NCBI GenBank assembly: GCA_964454305.1
Contig: CAYVXX010000001.1
Span: 65,464 to 129,463, forward strand
From: an uncultured Syntrophales bacterium
GTDB lineage: Bacteria > Desulfobacterota > Syntrophia > Syntrophales > JADFWA01
Length of the DNA: 64,000 nucleotides
Direction: 5' to 3'
The translations under genes and the position numbers were made by a program. The notes under the pieces were generated by a model, which was not told where the DNA came from, did not search any database, and saw only the letters and a list, made by a program, of their open reading frames with translations. Of this stretch, positions 61,577-64,000 are shown piece after piece (within the stretch, counting starts at the first letter, position 1; every line of letters begins with the position of its first letter).

Positions 61577-62032
61577 TTCACAGTCTCCAAAGAAGGTATC
61601 TATTCTGTCTGCTCAACCATATCCATGTCAAAAAATTTAGTCAACACTTTTATTGCGAAGTTATTCCTGTTCACCATAATGTCATCAAGTTAGGCTCACT
61701 GCTATTTTAGCAAACCGCTTTTGTTTCCCCTTGGAAAGAAAGCGTTACCGTTCGGTTCACAACGGACTTCTCGCTTTTGTTCCCCCCGGTTAAAACAAAA
61801 AAAACTTGACAATTATCGAGAGTTGTGATTAAGAAACCGCTGTTTTAACTCAGGGGTTATGAAGGACTTTCTTAGTGCGATCACACAGAGAATTGAGATA
61901 TCAAAATATATTTTACAGATATTTGCAAGCCGTTATTTTAAGTTGGCATTAGTTTAGTTTAACCGGGTCAATCTTTATTTGCTCGGTTTTTCAGTTTTTA
62001 ATTTAAGGATCTTCCTAATGAGGTAATTGGCA

Positions 62033-62461
62033 ATGGTAAACCTTGATTATACGATCTTCATTCAAATGTTTAATTTCCTCTTCCTGATTTTCTTATTGAA
62101 TATCTTCCTCTATAAATCAATCCTGAAAATAATCGGCAAGAGAAATCAGCAGCTTCAAGATTCTGATGAAGAAGTAAAGAAGCTCAATCAGACCATTGAA
62201 CAAAAAATGGCTGAATACGAGGAAAAGGTTCGCCAAGCAAGGCTCGAAGCAATTGGTCAGAAGAATGAAATAGAGCAGGCGGGATCTGAGGTAGGCGGGA
62301 AAATAATCGAGGAAGCAAAAAGTAAAATCTCACAGATGATTCAAGAACTCCATGGAAAGATAGAAAAGGAAATGGACGAGGCGAGAGATTTCTTGAGAAA
62401 ACAGTCCCTGAATACGTCGATTGAGATTGCTGAAAAAGTGTTGGGAAGGAGCATTCAATGA
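62033..62461 (+). CDS. atpF: ATP synthase subunit b' (F0)
   Basis: A single N-terminal TM segment plus a long charged helix. Start at ATG 62033 (RBS GAGGT) or TTG 62027. Confidence 0.75.
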   Translation: MVNLDYTIFIQMFNFLFLIFLLNIFLYKSILKIIGKRNQQLQDSDEEVKKLNQTIEQKMAEYEEKVRQARLEAIGQKNEIEQAGSEVGGKIIEEAKSKISQMIQELHGKIEKEMDEARDFLRKQSLNTSIEIAEKVLGRSIQ

Positions 62462-63093
62462 AAGAATTGTTTTCAACAAATCTATACAAACGACCTTTCG
62501 TACGTTCCCTGCTACCCGCTTTGATGATTCTGATTGTAACTTCCTCAATGGTTTACGCTTCAGGAGGGTCTGGTGAAGGCTCCGATCATGGAGGACAATT
62601 GCTCGACTTTGGATGGAGGGTTATAAACTTTATTATATTTGTCGGACTTGCTTACTGGCTGTTTAAAGACAGGATAAAGGAATTTTTCTCCGGAAGGCGG
62701 GCAGACATCAAACTTTCTCTGGAAGAAGCAATGGCCGCAAAGGAGGAAGCTGAAAAGAAATTTAAAGAGTACTCCGCTAAACTGGACAAGGCTACAGAGG
62801 AGATTAATGAAATCTCTGAGATGATACGGGCACAGGGATTGGCAGAAAAGGAAAAAATTATTGAAAATGCCAAAATAGCTGCTGAGAGAATGAAAGATGA
62901 TGCCCAGTCCAGAATTGAACAGGAGACCAAGAAGGCTAAAAGTCAATTAAGGGCTGAAGCGGTTGAACTTTCCATTCAAATGGCTGAAGAAATTCTAAAA
63001 AAGAACGTTAGCAAAAAAGATCACAAAAATATAGTTGAAGATTATCTGAAGAGTATTTCTTCTCAAACTCGTTCAGGACAGACGGACACTTAA
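62458..63093 (+). CDS. atpF: ATP synthase subunit b (F0)
   Basis: One TM segment plus a charged coiled helix (AKEEAEKKFKEYSAKLDKATEE...). There is an ATGA overlap with the b' gene. Confidence 0.8.
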   Translation: MKELFSTNLYKRPFVRSLLPALMILIVTSSMVYASGGSGEGSDHGGQLLDFGWRVINFIIFVGLAYWLFKDRIKEFFSGRRADIKLSLEEAMAAKEEAEKKFKEYSAKLDKATEEINEISEMIRAQGLAEKEKIIENAKIAAERMKDDAQSRIEQETKKAKSQLRAEAVELSIQMAEEILKKNVSKKDHKNIVEDYLKSISSQTRSGQTDT

Positions 63094-63119
63094 ACGCGTG
63101 TAAACTTTCTTATGATAGG

Positions 63120-63677
63120 GTGGTGAAAAAATTGATTGGTAGTGGTATTGCAAAGCGTTATGCAAAGGCCTTCTTTAATATAGCCAGAGAAGGAGACAAC
63201 TACGAAAAGTACTACAGTGAATTGAAAAGTTTTTCGTCTGTACTTGAGGAAAACGAAAACCTGAAGGAATTTTTAGCTAATCCCATTTTTGACCAGAGCG
63301 ACAAAAAGGCTATCATCGAAGAAGTGTTAAAAAGTTTTGACATTTCAGATATGACCGCTAATTTTCTTAAGCTGCTGGTAGATAAGCGGAGGATTGATAT
63401 TCTTCCCGACATTGAAAGTTGTTATCGGGAATTTATTGACAGCACCCTCAAGAAGGTAAGGGCTGACATTAAAACAGCTTTTCCTTTATCCACGGAATTA
63501 TCCGAAAGTATTAAGAACAAATTAGAAGAGCTTACCGGTAAGGCGGTCGATGTGACTATTGAGGATGATTCAACTCTTCTGGGTGGTGTTGTTGTAAGGA
63601 TTGGTGATACTGTCTACGATGGAAGCATAAAGACTCAATTGAACAACATAAGGAATCTCTTGGGGGAGGATATATAG
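63120..63677 (+). CDS. atpH: ATP synthase subunit delta (OSCP)
   Basis: IAKRYAKAFFNIA...LGGVVVRIGDTVYDGSIKTQL. GTG start. Confidence 0.9.
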   Translation: MVKKLIGSGIAKRYAKAFFNIAREGDNYEKYYSELKSFSSVLEENENLKEFLANPIFDQSDKKAIIEEVLKSFDISDMTANFLKLLVDKRRIDILPDIESCYREFIDSTLKKVRADIKTAFPLSTELSESIKNKLEELTGKAVDVTIEDDSTLLGGVVVRIGDTVYDGSIKTQLNNIRNLLGEDI

Positions 63678-64000
63678 ATGGGAAGAATCAGGGCAGAAGA
63701 AATAAGCGAAATAATTTCCAGGCAGATAAAGGATTATGAGAAAAAACTTGATGTAAGCGAAACCGGGACTGTTCTGTCCGTCGGGGACGGCATTGCGCGA
63801 ATCTATGGAGTGGAGAACGCAATGGCAATGGAACTACTCGAATTTCCCGGCGGGTTATTAGGAATGGTTTTGAACCTGGAAACCGATAATGTCGGTGTTG
63901 CCATCCTCGGACAGGATACGCACATCAAAGAAGGAGACATCGTCAAAAGGACAGGCAAGATTGCCCAGGTTCCTGTCGGGGAAGGCGTATTGGGCCGAGT
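63678..64000 (+). CDS. atpA: ATP synthase subunit alpha (partial, runs off window end)
   Basis: Own translation: [59 protein letters not shown]... Confidence 0.9.
   Translation, partial: MGRIRAEEISEIISRQIKDYEKKLDVSETGTVLSVGDGIARIYGVENAMAMELLEFPGGLLGMVLNLETDNVGVAILGQDTHIKEGDIVKRTGKIAQVPVGEGVLGR

Overview
This 64 kb chromosomal window looks like it comes from an anaerobic, selenium-using bacterium. Gene content suggests Desulfobacterota/Syntrophia, but that is an inference only. All calls rest on my own reading of the ORF translations and the DNA; no searches, alignments or folding programs were run.

Layout, left to right:
- polA 5' end.
- A leader region, then an LpdD-like/ubiX/ubiD-like/MFS operon.
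- An AbrB-PIN toxin-antitoxin pair.
- A secreted PSD-family pyruvoyl decarboxylase flanked by 39-bp direct repeats.
- A fused AdoMet-decarboxylase/aminopropyltransferase, then thrC.
- A LysR regulator divergent from a yedE...yedF selenium-trafficking cassette.
- A decayed remnant of a dehydratase/activator operon.
- A complete periplasmic [FeFe]-hydrogenase module (hydAB, TM1266-like, aspartase-like, hydF, hydG, small ORF, hydE).
- Gene fragments, then an intact double-cubane-type (HgdB-like) protein with its activator ATPase.
- An amino-acid ABC transporter, an MBL hydrolase and a NifS-like desulfurase.
- selD carrying an in-frame UGA (selenocysteine), which the ORF track truncated.
- rpsT, lptE, leuS.
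- A ten-gene RiPP-like operon on the minus strand.
- trkHA, then the housekeeping run nusB-ribH-ribBA-ribE-nrdR-dCMP deaminase-glyA-rpiB-fabD-rpmF-yceD.
- gltX, a GGDEF protein, two tRNAs, a hydrolase, a lipoprotein, tRNA-Leu-secG-tpiA, and the start of an atp operon (b', b, delta, alpha).

Observations I consider most worth follow-up:
1. A Cys-free, repeat-containing candidate precursor peptide. Its operon holds two RRE/PqqD proteins, two SPASM radical-SAM enzymes, an HPr-kinase-like protein, a SipW-type peptidase, a methyltransferase-like protein and an NTP_transf_5 protein. It has no lasso cyclase and no exporter.
2. A leader ORF with three consecutive Trp codons, followed by a 1:2/2:3/3:4/4:5/5:6 alternative-pairing cascade and two intrinsic terminators, upstream of the UbiD/UbiX operon.
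3. A segmental duplication (LysR 5' end + operator + structured leader + dehydratase operon) that decayed in complementary ways and now brackets the selenium cassette and the hydrogenase module.
4. Several families of unexplained intergenic repeats, and an atypical tRNA-like gene.

No transposase, integrase, CRISPR array or rRNA was seen.
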